64,000 nucleotides of DNA, from IMG/VR virus record IMGVR_UViG_3300002026_000003. One strand, given 5' to 3'. A program made the translations under genes and the position numbers. Below are positions 1-8,473 of this stretch, in pieces; the first letter of the stretch is position 1; every line of letters begins with the position of its first letter. The notes under the pieces were generated by a model. It was not told the origin of the DNA and searched no databases. It saw only the letters and a list, made by a program, of their open reading frames with translations. The stretch is from a virus.

Positions 1-183
1 CGGGCTGTAGTTAGTTCTATTCGTAGCGAAAGCCGTCTTGCCTATGGCACAAGTGGTCATGGAGTGGTTGGTTCCACTAGCGCACCGCAAGCAATGGCTA
101 AAGATTATTATGCGCCCTATGGTGGGTATCATCAGGGCATGCAGTTACAGACAGGAAAGGGGTTCTACACATGGTACAAGTAG
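1..183 (+). CDS. hypothetical protein, 3' fragment (start lies upstream of window)
   Basis: Frame 1 is open from base 1 to TAG 181-183 (...YYAPYGGYHQGMQLQTGKGFYTWYK*). Co-oriented with all other genes; next ORF start overlaps by 13 nt. Confidence 0.5.
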   Translation, partial: RAVVSSIRSESRLAYGTSGHGVVGSTSAPQAMAKDYYAPYGGYHQGMQLQTGKGFYTWYK

Positions 184-368
184 AGGATGAAGGGTGGGAG
201 TTTGAATGCGACGATGCTGGTTGTAGTTGCCACGAGGATATTGAGCTACAAAAGAAACGGCATTTTGAGCTTATGGTAGCTGCCCTTGTTCGTATCAAAA
301 ATAAGCAGACGGATGATCCGTGTTATGAGGCGTTCGCTGCGCTAAAGGCTGTAGGGAGGTTGCAATGA
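171..368 (+). CDS. hypothetical small acidic Cys-containing protein (65 aa)
   Basis: ORF track. Stop TGA 366-368 overlaps next ATG 365 (ATGA). Contains CDDAGCSCHED. Confidence 0.55.
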   Translation: MVQVEDEGWEFECDDAGCSCHEDIELQKKRHFELMVAALVRIKNKQTDDPCYEAFAALKAVGRLQ

Positions 369-751
369 GCAATCAAGAGGTTGTCTTTGAGCGGCAGGTT
401 CGCTATGTGGTCTTCAAAATCAAGGATATTCTTGAGTTTGGGGAGGAACGTGATCTTGATATCTTGCGGCAGATAGGTGGGGATATTGCGTACAGGCGTA
501 GATTGGCCGGTAAGCCTATTTTCAATGCTGTAGTAGTCGAGCAGGATTGGCCTGAGTTCGATGTAGTTTGGAAACTGATCGAAGAGCGTATGCTTGGCAG
601 GCAGGAGACTTTGATAGGTGGGCTTAAACCACACAAAGTACGTGACATGGTGAATGAATTACGACTTATGGCCGAGTTCTATTATGACCACCAATCGTTA
701 CGTGAGCGTATATCCCATGTAGTGCACGATTACTTGGAGGGCAAGAAGTGA
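365..751 (+). CDS. hypothetical protein (128 aa)
   Basis: ORF track; ATGA coupling to the upstream ORF; tiles the + strand. Confidence 0.6.
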   Translation: MSNQEVVFERQVRYVVFKIKDILEFGEERDLDILRQIGGDIAYRRRLAGKPIFNAVVVEQDWPEFDVVWKLIEERMLGRQETLIGGLKPHKVRDMVNELRLMAEFYYDHQSLRERISHVVHDYLEGKK

Positions 752-852
752 AAGTAGAGCTATTGCGGTGGGTTATCTACTGTGTAGTTATGTTACCTGT
801 ACTTATTTACCGAGGGATAAAGGAGTGTAGAAATGAAAATGGACGAATGTAG
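748..852 (+). CDS. possible small hydrophobic peptide (34 aa, GTG start)
   Basis: Below the track's size cutoff. GTG 748 overlaps the upstream TGA (GTGA). GGAGGG lies about 7 nt upstream. Translates to VKVELLRWVIYCVVMLPVLIYRGIKECRNENGRM with one TM-like stretch. Confidence 0.3.
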   Translation: MKVELLRWVIYCVVMLPVLIYRGIKECRNENGRM

Positions 853-1306
853 GCCTCGTGATGAGATATTTACTCACGTAGAGGATGATGGCTTGGTGAG
901 GCACATCAATGCGTCAGCTATGTTCCGAGAATCGTCTAGGGCTATGATTCAAGGCGATGCGGAGCTAGTATGTTGCCCAATAGATAGTGAGTTTGTGGAG
1001 TACATACGCGCTAAGCGGGGTGTTGAGCAAGCTAAGCTGGATAGGCTATGTGAACCTTATCTGTCTTTACCTATAGTTGGCGTGTGGATGGATGATGGTT
1101 CATGTCTTACCGTAGATGGGCATCATCGCATGGTGAAATTGCACGAACTAGGGGTGAGTACCTACAAGATTATTATCTATTCAGAGCATATGCTTGCACG
1201 ATATTGCATAGAGGATGTGCCTAGCCATTTCTCAGAGTTTATAGTATCGGAAACTAAGGCTCAGAGGAGTGAAATGGAGAGCCTAGCGTACCTATTAGGG
1301 CAATAG
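833..1306 (+). CDS. ParB-like nuclease domain protein (putative)
   Basis: AAGGAG lies 6 nt upstream of the ATG. TVDGHHRMVKLHELG resembles the DGxHR core of the ParB/Srx fold. Confidence 0.45.
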   Translation: MKMDECRPRDEIFTHVEDDGLVRHINASAMFRESSRAMIQGDAELVCCPIDSEFVEYIRAKRGVEQAKLDRLCEPYLSLPIVGVWMDDGSCLTVDGHHRMVKLHELGVSTYKIIIYSEHMLARYCIEDVPSHFSEFIVSETKAQRSEMESLAYLLGQ

Positions 1307-1388
1307 TTACGTGGTACTTGCGCTCATGCCGTTTGAATTGCTATGATACGGTTTCGCGGTTAAGTTAACTCAGGTAAAGGAGAACGTC

Positions 1389-1856
1389 ATGGACGGAAAC
1401 ACAGTTGGTGAAGACGGCCTCAAAAGGGCCAAGTGGGTAGATTGCAGTACTAACCCTAAGAAGCATGGCGAGTTTGAGGGCCATATCAAGGGCGAACCTA
1501 CTAAGGTAAAACGCTATATGTGGACAGGCCGTCAGTGGATGTTCTGTAAGCCTGCTATGGGTCGTAAAAAGGCTCATTGGTTCCCTAGTATCTTCGGTGA
1601 ACCGGGGGATAAATGGCGCGGTCTGGCAGAAGACCCTAACGCTCCTTTGAGCATCGCTGTTCCGTACCCAGACACTTGCCCAGTTACTGATATTGGTACC
1701 CTCTTCTCTGAGGAAGAGCAAAAAGCTATGGACAAGTATCAGGCAGAGAAAGCCTGTGAATGCACTATCGCAACTAAGCTAGTTGGAGATGGTTGCGAGA
1801 CCTGTAACCCAGAGAAGGCGGAAGAGTTAGCTCAGGAAGTCGATAGTGCAACTTGA
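1389..1856 (+). CDS. hypothetical protein (155 aa)
   Basis: AAGGAG upstream; ORF track; Trp/Lys-rich N-terminal half, acidic C-terminus. Confidence 0.6.
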   Translation: MDGNTVGEDGLKRAKWVDCSTNPKKHGEFEGHIKGEPTKVKRYMWTGRQWMFCKPAMGRKKAHWFPSIFGEPGDKWRGLAEDPNAPLSIAVPYPDTCPVTDIGTLFSEEEQKAMDKYQAEKACECTIATKLVGDGCETCNPEKAEELAQEVDSAT

Positions 1857-2226
1857 GTGGTATGAGCGTAGGCGAACACCTATGCCCGATACCCAGCCTA
1901 CTCTACGAATAGGTAAGTGGGACGTAGGTTTCGTAGGGTACGATTGGACTTCTTTAGCCACTCGTGGTCTTAGGCACGTTGCCTATATATCCCTGCCGGG
2001 AATACCTTGCGAACAGGGCCATTATGGTAGTGTTAAAGAGGCTAAAGAGGTTGTCTATAACGCGGTTAGGTACTGGTTTTACCACTTGGAGCTACGAGGC
2101 GACGAAGATAAGCCTGTACCTAAGCGCGTCACTAGGAGTAGGCCTGTAGAGCCAGTAGGTAGAGTTCGTAGGTCTAGGGTAGCTGAGGAAATTGTACGGG
2201 TGCGCAGGGCACCAAGAACTTTATAG
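1846..2226 (+). CDS. hypothetical protein with Arg-rich C-terminus (126 aa)
   Basis: ORF track; GTG start overlaps the previous ORF by 11 nt, so the start is uncertain. C-terminus is RVRRSRVAEEIVRVRRAPRTL. Confidence 0.5.
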   Translation: MQLEWYERRRTPMPDTQPTLRIGKWDVGFVGYDWTSLATRGLRHVAYISLPGIPCEQGHYGSVKEAKEVVYNAVRYWFYHLELRGDEDKPVPKRVTRSRPVEPVGRVRRSRVAEEIVRVRRAPRTL

Positions 2227-2236
2227 GGAGAACATC

Positions 2237-2485
2237 ATGTCAATTACTGCAAGTGAAGCTAAGAAAATTCGTAAGGTATTCGACGGGCTGAAGGCGCATC
2301 GTACCTCTGTGCAGCAGAACCAGCTTACTTTCTGGAAACAGTACGGGGTAACCCAGAGCGGAGGCTCACGCTACGAGAGTGGGCGAGAGATGGACGCTCC
2401 TCTACGTGCATTAGTAGCCCTGCATGTTAGCGGTAAAGTGGATGATGAGACGCTAGCTAACGCTATGCGGCTAGCTAAATCCTAG
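2237..2485 (+). CDS. putative HTH DNA-binding protein (XRE-like, 82 aa)
   Basis: ATG 2237 is preceded by GGGAG. QLTFWKQYGVTQSGGSRYESGREMDAPLRALVAL resembles an XRE-type helix-turn-helix. The track start at 2192 was rejected because it has no RBS and overlaps the upstream gene. Confidence 0.5.
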   Translation: MSITASEAKKIRKVFDGLKAHRTSVQQNQLTFWKQYGVTQSGGSRYESGREMDAPLRALVALHVSGKVDDETLANAMRLAKS

Positions 2486-2716
2486 TATCTAATACGCTGC
2501 CTACACTTCCCCGTAGTTTAACTTAGCAAAGAAAGGCACAGGGCCAGAGCAACAGTGGACAGTTGGTATTGATTGGGAAAGGTCATACCGACAACTTGAA
2601 AAGTGTGGGCGGCGTACCTCTCGTATGGTGTATAATCACCATCCCTAATGGGCGTAATAAGGCTATATTAGGCGCGTCAGCCGGTAGTAAATAAGTACAA
2701 CCTTAAAGGTGCCGAC

Positions 2717-2953
2717 ATGAAAGTGTATTGGGCCATACAGGGCGCTATAAACGCCATAAGCAGGGAGCATACCGTATATAGAGATGCGTTTCTGCACGTA
2801 CAGAAAGAGGTTATAACGCCAAAGCGGGGCATGAAGATGGGTAGGCCACGGTCTAGGTATTACATAGACGGCGACCCCAGAGAATTCCGTACAGAGGATG
2901 ATATGGTAGCTGCTTTAGAAAAAGAAAATTTGCAATCGATTTCAAAGGAGTAA
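2717..2953 (+). CDS. hypothetical protein (78 aa)
   Basis: ORF track; follows a 231-nt non-coding gap; its C-terminal codons carry motif copy 1. Confidence 0.55.
   Translation: MKVYWAIQGAINAISREHTVYRDAFLHVQKEVITPKRGMKMGRPRSRYYIDGDPREFRTEDDMVAALEKENLQSISKE
2930..2945. repeat. 16-bp palindromic motif, copy 1
   Basis: TTGCAATCGATTTCAA (exact). Last codons of ORF 2717 (LQSISK); abuts AGGAG at 2946-2950. Confidence 0.9.
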
Positions 2954-2957
2954 TAAT

Positions 2958-3119
2958 TTGTGGTATGGACTAAAGGAAGGCAACAGACTTATAGCCGTTA
3001 AATATTTTCGCCATCGTGAACCGGATATATTGGACTTCGGTGTACCTATCGGGATCAAAGCCGCGTACGTTGTAGTAGTTGTGCGCATACGAGAAGTAGG
3101 AACCGCAGTATCGTACTGA
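2958..3119 (+). CDS. possible small protein (53 aa, TTG start)
   Basis: Below the track's size cutoff. AAGGAG 2945-2950 lies 7 nt upstream of TTG 2958. The frame is open to TGA 3117-3119 and exactly fills the 2954-3130 gap. Confidence 0.35.
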   Translation: MWYGLKEGNRLIAVKYFRHREPDILDFGVPIGIKAAYVVVVVRIREVGTAVSY

Positions 3120-3130
3120 AGGAGATACAA

Positions 3131-3565
3131 ATGGCCGCATCATTATTATGTATAGCCCTAACTATATTCATGGAAGCGCGAGGGGAGCCTAAAGCTGGGC
3201 AAGAGGCTGTAGCACACGTAGTTCGCAATAGAGCAGAGATTCGTAATATGACTGAGTGCGAAGTACTTATGGAGAAGGGGCAGTTTTCGTGGAAACCACA
3301 CAAGTATATTCGTACTATACGGGATAAGAAGGGCAAAACTACTCACGTTATACGAGTCGAGTCTCTACCTATAACGAAAAAAGAGTGGGGATCATCTATG
3401 GCTGTAGCCCAAGAGGTGCTACTGAGTACGCAAAACATGCAAAATATAGAGTTTTTTCACGCAAAATACGTCGATCCGGGGTGGAAATCTCGCCTAAAAC
3501 TAGTATTTCGTAGAGGAAATCACGTATTTTACGCCAGAAAAGACCCCATTTTGGCCTCTCTGTAG
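3131..3565 (+). CDS. cell wall hydrolase, SleB/CwlJ-like (Hydrolase_2)
   Basis: LTIFMEARGEPKAGQEAVAHVVRNRAE...EKGQFSW matches the remembered SleB-domain signature (EARGE..G..AV..V..NR...QFS). GGAG upstream. Confidence 0.7.
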   Translation: MAASLLCIALTIFMEARGEPKAGQEAVAHVVRNRAEIRNMTECEVLMEKGQFSWKPHKYIRTIRDKKGKTTHVIRVESLPITKKEWGSSMAVAQEVLLSTQNMQNIEFFHAKYVDPGWKSRLKLVFRRGNHVFYARKDPILASL

Positions 3566-3626
3566 CTACATTTTTGGGCCTATAGGACGTAAAATACAGC
3601 ATATTTTCTACAAAAGGAGCGTAAAA

Positions 3627-4085
3627 ATGACTGATTTTAACGAAAAATACGATAAAAATGACCCAAAAATAGCCACAAAACTAGCGTATGTAGAGGAATT
3701 AAACGCCAGAACGGCGGCTAAAATTGCTAGCTGGCAGGATATGTACGATGAACTGCGCAATATGGGGCGTGGTTATATGGATGATCCTACGAAAGAAACG
3801 GCAGATTTAACCATTCTGGCCTTTATGTCATTCATGCTTGCCCTAGAACAGCTACCTGACGAGGGCGACATAGCAGTAATAGCCAGAAAGATGAACGAAA
3901 TAATGGTTATGCGCACTGACCTTACCGGAGCTACTGTATATGTAGGCGAGGAAGCAGACCAACAACGCGCAACTGCGGCTCTTATGGGCGCAGCAGTGAT
4001 GGCTCAAGTAATAACGGCTCTGAGTCAGCAAGAAGAATCACCCAAAGAGGCCAAGGCTACAACAGTCAAGCCGGTGTTGCACTAA
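3627..4085 (+). CDS. hypothetical protein (152 aa)
   Basis: AAGGAG upstream; ORF track; stop overlaps the next start (TAATG). Confidence 0.6.
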   Translation: MTDFNEKYDKNDPKIATKLAYVEELNARTAAKIASWQDMYDELRNMGRGYMDDPTKETADLTILAFMSFMLALEQLPDEGDIAVIARKMNEIMVMRTDLTGATVYVGEEADQQRATAALMGAAVMAQVITALSQQEESPKEAKATTVKPVLH

Positions 4086-5164
4086 TGGCCGGCAGAGTAC
4101 GCAAGACGCAGATTGATCCTACCACTATTCGACTATCTGAGCATTTTCTACTTAGTGATTTCATGGGTTGTAATTCTGTGTACACTAAAGGCCTAAAAAA
4201 TATATGGGATGGTGACGATGGCAAGCTAGCTGAAGGTACACATCTATGCGCCACGCTACTTGAACCCATACTAAGCACCTATGGCCCCGCCTCCGTTTCG
4301 TATGGGTACATATCGCCAGCCTTGAGTAAGCAAATAGTGACGTACCAAGACCCAGATATGCCGTCATACCATAGGTGGGATAAAGGAGCGGCAGCGGATT
4401 TATGCGTCCATGCGTGGGTTAAACGCAAGGCACCCATATTTTTAGCGCACGAAATAGACCAGACACTAGACTATTCTAGGATGATTACGTACTCTGAGAG
4501 TCCGTTTATATGCCTAGCAACACAAATTTCTGAAGGTAGCTCCCCAAGGAAGGCGTTTTATGAAAATAGGTATTGTGGGAAAAAGGGCGCGAAGCCTCAA
4601 TACATTAGGAAATCTAACAGTAGCAAGGTCAAAGCTAAAGAAGCTGAGACGCTTGTACTTGAATTTGACTGGAAAGGGGCGGGTTATCCTACCTATCATG
4701 GGGGAGGGATACGGCAACTACACCATAATCGTGTATCGCGCTATAGCGTTGTATCCGACTTTCTATATTCAACGTACGCAATACGTGAGGGGGTTGCGAA
4801 TGTACCAGACCTACAACGCTTTGCTGAGCAGTTTAGGCAGGCAGGAGCAACCTATGATTCCCTGCTAGAGAAACTAGACGTACCTAAGCTTAGTATTGTT
4901 CGCGGTTTTGAGTCATTCAGATTTAACGACTACCCGCTTTTTAGCTGGAAGGATAATTTTGCAATTGATTTCAAACCTCCAAGCTACTTATCGGCAAATG
5001 ACATAGCCACCGCAGCACAAGGACTACCTCATGTGGTTTCGGTAGGGGTTGATAACACTACGGGCACCGCTCGTATCATAGGAAAGCCTATACAGCGCGA
5101 GGGAACTACTACAGGTAGAGTATCGGGTAGGGCAAGTCATGCTAGCAATAGGCCAAAAGCGTGA
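4085..5164 (+). CDS. putative peptidase M15A-like protein, tandem domains (359 aa)
   Basis: N-terminal half has LSEHFLLSDF ... SYHRWDKGAAADLCVH (SxHxxGxAxD-like zinc peptidase motif). The C-terminal half repeats the pattern in degenerate form (YSVVSDFLYS ... NFAIDF). Confidence 0.4.
   Translation: MAGRVRKTQIDPTTIRLSEHFLLSDFMGCNSVYTKGLKNIWDGDDGKLAEGTHLCATLLEPILSTYGPASVSYGYISPALSKQIVTYQDPDMPSYHRWDKGAAADLCVHAWVKRKAPIFLAHEIDQTLDYSRMITYSESPFICLATQISEGSSPRKAFYENRYCGKKGAKPQYIRKSNSSKVKAKEAETLVLEFDWKGAGYPTYHGGGIRQLHHNRVSRYSVVSDFLYSTYAIREGVANVPDLQRFAEQFRQAGATYDSLLEKLDVPKLSIVRGFESFRFNDYPLFSWKDNFAIDFKPPSYLSANDIATAAQGLPHVVSVGVDNTTGTARIIGKPIQREGTTTGRVSGRASHASNRPKA
4959..4974. repeat. motif copy 2
   Basis: TTGCAATTGATTTCAA (1 mismatch). 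Inside ORF 4085, read as FAIDFK. Confidence 0.75.
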
Positions 5165-5493
5165 AAGCCTTTTATAACAGAGAGAGAAAATCGTATGGGC
5201 TAGCGTCCTCGTATTTTCCACAGTCAGGATTATGGGTATCTGGCGTGGTTAGTTTGGTAGACGAGGAAGGTAAGGGGTACTGCTACGTGAAGTTTAGCGA
5301 CAGCCTAGTAGAAGCTGTAGGAATGTCGATGCCTTACGGTGTAGGCCCTGAGCATCCTTGTTACCTACGTGTAGTTCACAGGAAGGAACGTGAAGTATGG
5401 AGGGTATACGCTGAGTATTTGTCTGGGGATAAAAAAGTATTATTATGGGAGTCGATAGAAAAACCGGTATGGGTTAAACGAGTAAGGAGATAA
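5161..5493 (+). CDS. hypothetical protein (110 aa)
   Basis: ORF track; GTGA overlap with the upstream gene. Start is uncertain; an in-frame ATG at 5196 is an alternative. Confidence 0.5.
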   Translation: MKAFYNRERKSYGLASSYFPQSGLWVSGVVSLVDEEGKGYCYVKFSDSLVEAVGMSMPYGVGPEHPCYLRVVHRKEREVWRVYAEYLSGDKKVLLWESIEKPVWVKRVRR

Positions 5494-5495
5494 TA

Positions 5496-5861
5496 ATGGT
5501 GCGAGTACGCAGGACTAGGGAAGTAGTAGAAGAGCCACCCACAAGACAACGTAGAGTAAGGAGTAGGGTGATGGTAGAAGAGCAGCAGGAACTAGACCTA
5601 GTAGAATCTGAGGAAGATGACGAAGGGTTGGATATGTCAGACACCCCTGATGCGCCTAGGGAAGGTGAAACAGAGTTTGAGGCGGCAGATCGTATTGAGG
5701 ATAAGTATAGGAAACGCGCCAAGTCACCGTTAAAGGCTATCCGCGCCTTTTGCGTTATTTGCGTAGGGTGTTATCCTAGAGAGGTAGCAAAATGTACTGC
5801 ACCAAAATGTGTGCTATTCCCATTTCGCTTTGGTCGTAACCCATTTCAAAAGAGAGGGTAG
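5496..5861 (+). CDS. hypothetical acidic protein with C-terminal Cys-rich (zinc-ribbon-like) motif
   Basis: AAGGAG upstream. C-terminus is FCVICVGCYPREVAKCTAPKCVLFPFRFGRNP. Confidence 0.6.
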   Translation: MVRVRRTREVVEEPPTRQRRVRSRVMVEEQQELDLVESEEDDEGLDMSDTPDAPREGETEFEAADRIEDKYRKRAKSPLKAIRAFCVICVGCYPREVAKCTAPKCVLFPFRFGRNPFQKRG

Positions 5862-5862
5862 T

Positions 5863-6381
5863 ATGGTTCCGGTTATTGCATTTACTGGCAAGGCTCGTAC
5901 GGGCAAAGATACTGCGGCTGATGTTCTACGAAAGACTTGTGACTACGTACGGTACGGTTTTGCAGACCCTATACGCGATATGTTGCAGGCCCTTCGTATA
6001 GACCACCGTGCCATTGACGATAAAGAGGCACCTATACCGCGTATAGGAAAGTCTCTTCGTGAGTGTATGCAAACACTTGGTACGGAATGGGGAAGGGAGC
6101 TAATACACCCCGACTTATGGGTGATAGTCGCTAGGGATAGAATAGGTGCGCACAGGCTGCGCGGACGCAATGTAGTAATCCCTGACGTTAGGTTTGAGAA
6201 TGAAGCTATCATGGTTAAGTCTATGGGAGGCACAATAGTACGCATAACCAGAGAAGATGTAGAGTCTGTTCGTGAGCATAAGTCAGAAGATGGTATACCG
6301 GATAAGTATGTAGACGTAACCCTCGATAACGATTCATCGATAGAGCAGTTTCTATCTAGAGTAGTTGAATTACCGTACTAG
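5863..6381 (+). CDS. deoxynucleoside monophosphate kinase-like P-loop protein
   Basis: ATG 5863 follows GAGAGGG. IAFTGKARTGKDTAADVL P-loop and overall pattern resemble T5/T4-type phage dNMP kinases. The track start at 5809 was rejected because it overlaps the upstream gene. Confidence 0.55.
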   Translation: MVPVIAFTGKARTGKDTAADVLRKTCDYVRYGFADPIRDMLQALRIDHRAIDDKEAPIPRIGKSLRECMQTLGTEWGRELIHPDLWVIVARDRIGAHRLRGRNVVIPDVRFENEAIMVKSMGGTIVRITREDVESVREHKSEDGIPDKYVDVTLDNDSSIEQFLSRVVELPY

Positions 6382-6385
6382 ATTT

Positions 6386-6401
6386 TTGAAATCGATTACA
6401 A
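6386..6401. repeat. motif copy 3
   Basis: TTGAAATCGATTACAA (1 mismatch). Intergenic, directly abutting the terminator hairpin at 6401-6425. Confidence 0.8.
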
Positions 6402-6425
6402 AGCCCGGTTTTCCGGGCTTTTTTA
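6401..6425 (+). terminator. intrinsic terminator after dNMP kinase gene
   Basis: AAGCCCGG-TTTT-CCGGGCTT, a perfect 8-bp stem followed by TTTTTT. Confidence 0.8.
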
Positions 6426-6432
6426 TTGCCTA

Positions 6433-6460
6433 TTGCTTTTTGTGTTTGCCTTTTTGTGTT
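6433..6460 (+). repeat. tandem direct repeat TTGC(C)TTTTTGTGTT x2
   Basis: ttgctttttgtgtt / ttgcctttttgtgtt. The second unit supplies the -35 of the candidate promoter. Confidence 0.6.
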
Positions 6461-6474
6461 AAAGTAGCTATATT
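6446..6474 (+). promoter_or_regulatory. candidate sigma70-type promoter ahead of the structural module
   Basis: TTGCCT-17 nt-TATATT. Lies between terminator 6401-6425 and GTG 6507. Confidence 0.4.
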
Positions 6475-6506
6475 CACAACGGAACATCCTTTGAGGGATA
6501 TACTAA

Positions 6507-6872
6507 GTGAAAAATGGTAGACTATTTGAAGCCAAAGTAGAGGAAGTACACTCTGGCGATGACTTTATCCTCCTAGTCAATATAGGAGTCGACGGTTTGT
6601 TTAAGCGCACCCGCGTACGGTTGCATGGAGTAGATGCGCCTAACGCCTACAAAGCTAAGCCAGAAACAGAGGCTGGTAGGGTACGCGATGAGGTTAAAAA
6701 GCTAATCGGTAGTAGATGCCTAATTGATTTGGTGTCAGAAGGTAAGGGCGGCTGGATAGTTACCATGACGGTATTCGATGATGACAACCAGCCTATGTGC
6801 CTAAACAATATTTTGCGTGATCGTGGCTATGTATACAGTCCGTCAAAACAAAATCAGGAAGTGGCCGCATGA
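6507..6872 (+). CDS. staphylococcal-nuclease-like (thermonuclease) protein
   Basis: GTG start with GAGGGA upstream. VRLHGVDAPNAYK resembles the SNase RLxGIDAPE motif. Confidence 0.55.
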   Translation: MKNGRLFEAKVEEVHSGDDFILLVNIGVDGLFKRTRVRLHGVDAPNAYKAKPETEAGRVRDEVKKLIGSRCLIDLVSEGKGGWIVTMTVFDDDNQPMCLNNILRDRGYVYSPSKQNQEVAA

Positions 6873-8473
6873 CAACTAAGCATATTCGGCGTGTACGCAT
6901 GCCTAAAGTAGAAGCACGAGTGACCTCCCTTACGTCGACTAGGCGCAGGGCTGATGTTACTAGGCAAGTAGACGTTGATTACTCCAGCAGCGCTATGGGG
7001 TCTACTGCCCCAATAACCCCACCGTATGACACGCTCAGTCTAGTAGGTACGTATGACCAGAGTAATATGCTACGGCAGTGTGTAGCAGCATACGTAACGA
7101 ATATTGCTATGTACGGGTGGGAGATAGTTGCGGCCTCGCAGGATACCCCTATTGATGAAGACGAGCGTTTGGAGTTGCAGTCGTTTATAGACAATGCCAA
7201 CTCTGATGAATCGTTGATGACACTACACGCTAAGGTAGTAGAGGACTATGAGAAGGTCGGCTACGCCTTTCTGGAAATAATACGCGACAAGGCAGGTAGA
7301 GTATCCTTGCTGAGACACGCTAGGGCTACAGTAATAGGGGTATGCCCCAAGAACCCAGAACCAGTACCAATACGCTACGATGTAATGCGCGGTAAGCGAG
7401 CGTCCTTTGTTACTGAGTTAAAGACGTTTCGTCTATATGTGCAGATTTGTGGAGGCAAGAGAACGTATTTCAAGGAGTTTGGCGACCCTAGGGTGCTTAA
7501 CTACGAAACTGGTACATTCTCCACTAAAGATAATCCAGTACCCAATGACAAGGAAGCTACTGAGCTTATCCACTTTAGGCAAAATTCTGAGGATGTATAT
7601 GGTGTTCCACGTTGGATCAACCAGCTTCCTTCTATCCTAGGTAGTCGGGAAGCGGAGGAAGTTAACCTACGCTACTTTGAGGATAACACTGTACCTCCGA
7701 TGATTCTGTCAGTAGCTGGAGGTAGGCTAACTGGTGAGTCTTTCCGTGACCTTAAGAAGCTACTGAATAACCAAGGCATAGGCAAAGAGCGGCAAAACCA
7801 GATAATGCTTATAGAGGCTGTACCTGAGCGCGATAGTCTAGAGGATAAGGGTAACGTACAGCTTAAGGTAGATAAGCTAACTGACTCTAGGCCTAGCGAT
7901 GGTCTATTTAAGGATTACGATGAGGCTAACCAAGCGAAAGTACGATCCTCATTTAGGCTTCCGCCTGTAGCTGTTGGCTTATCTCAGGATGTTACATTCG
8001 CTACGGCAAACGTTTCTGCGTTTATAGCGGAAACACAAGTGTTTGCACCGGCAAGGGCTACCTTTGATGAAGTGTATAACAAGAAGTTTGTTAATCACGC
8101 TGATGGTTTGGCCTTAAAGACAGTACTACTACGTAGCAGGGCACCTGCTATTACTAATCCAGAAACCCTTATAAAGAGCCTAACTGCACTTAATGTAATG
8201 GGCGCGGTAACACCACGGTCAGCTTTGGGTGCTGCTAACAAAATCCTACAGGTAGAACTCCCGCAGTATCCAGAAAAAGGTGAGGAGGGCTATGATGCGT
8301 GGATGGATAAACCTATTATTTTCTCCAGTAAAGGACAATCTGGTAATACGGGCATTGACCCTAGCGGAGCGGGTAATACTCATGAAACTCAGGCGCAAAA
8401 AGATGCAGCTACTAAGGCTCTTGAAGCGTCTGGTTCCGTAGAGCCTCAATCACCGGAGAATGGTCAGCAATGA
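6869..8473 (+). CDS. portal protein
   Basis: 534 aa, first large gene of the head module. Central region (YGWEIV...GYAFLEIIRDKAGRVSLLRH) looks like a PBSX/HK97-type portal. Followed by protease, scaffold and capsid genes. Confidence 0.8.
   Translation: MTTKHIRRVRMPKVEARVTSLTSTRRRADVTRQVDVDYSSSAMGSTAPITPPYDTLSLVGTYDQSNMLRQCVAAYVTNIAMYGWEIVAASQDTPIDEDERLELQSFIDNANSDESLMTLHAKVVEDYEKVGYAFLEIIRDKAGRVSLLRHARATVIGVCPKNPEPVPIRYDVMRGKRASFVTELKTFRLYVQICGGKRTYFKEFGDPRVLNYETGTFSTKDNPVPNDKEATELIHFRQNSEDVYGVPRWINQLPSILGSREAEEVNLRYFEDNTVPPMILSVAGGRLTGESFRDLKKLLNNQGIGKERQNQIMLIEAVPERDSLEDKGNVQLKVDKLTDSRPSDGLFKDYDEANQAKVRSSFRLPPVAVGLSQDVTFATANVSAFIAETQVFAPARATFDEVYNKKFVNHADGLALKTVLLRSRAPAITNPETLIKSLTALNVMGAVTPRSALGAANKILQVELPQYPEKGEEGYDAWMDKPIIFSSKGQSGNTGIDPSGAGNTHETQAQKDAATKALEASGSVEPQSPENGQQ

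Noticed and set aside
2596-2636. TTGAAA (2596-2601) plus TATAAT (2631-2636) as a promoter.
   Set aside because: The spacer is 29 nt, far from the 16-18 nt optimum, and there is no TGn extended -10 (the sequence is GTG TATAAT). It is kept only as a note within the 2486-2716 gap finding.
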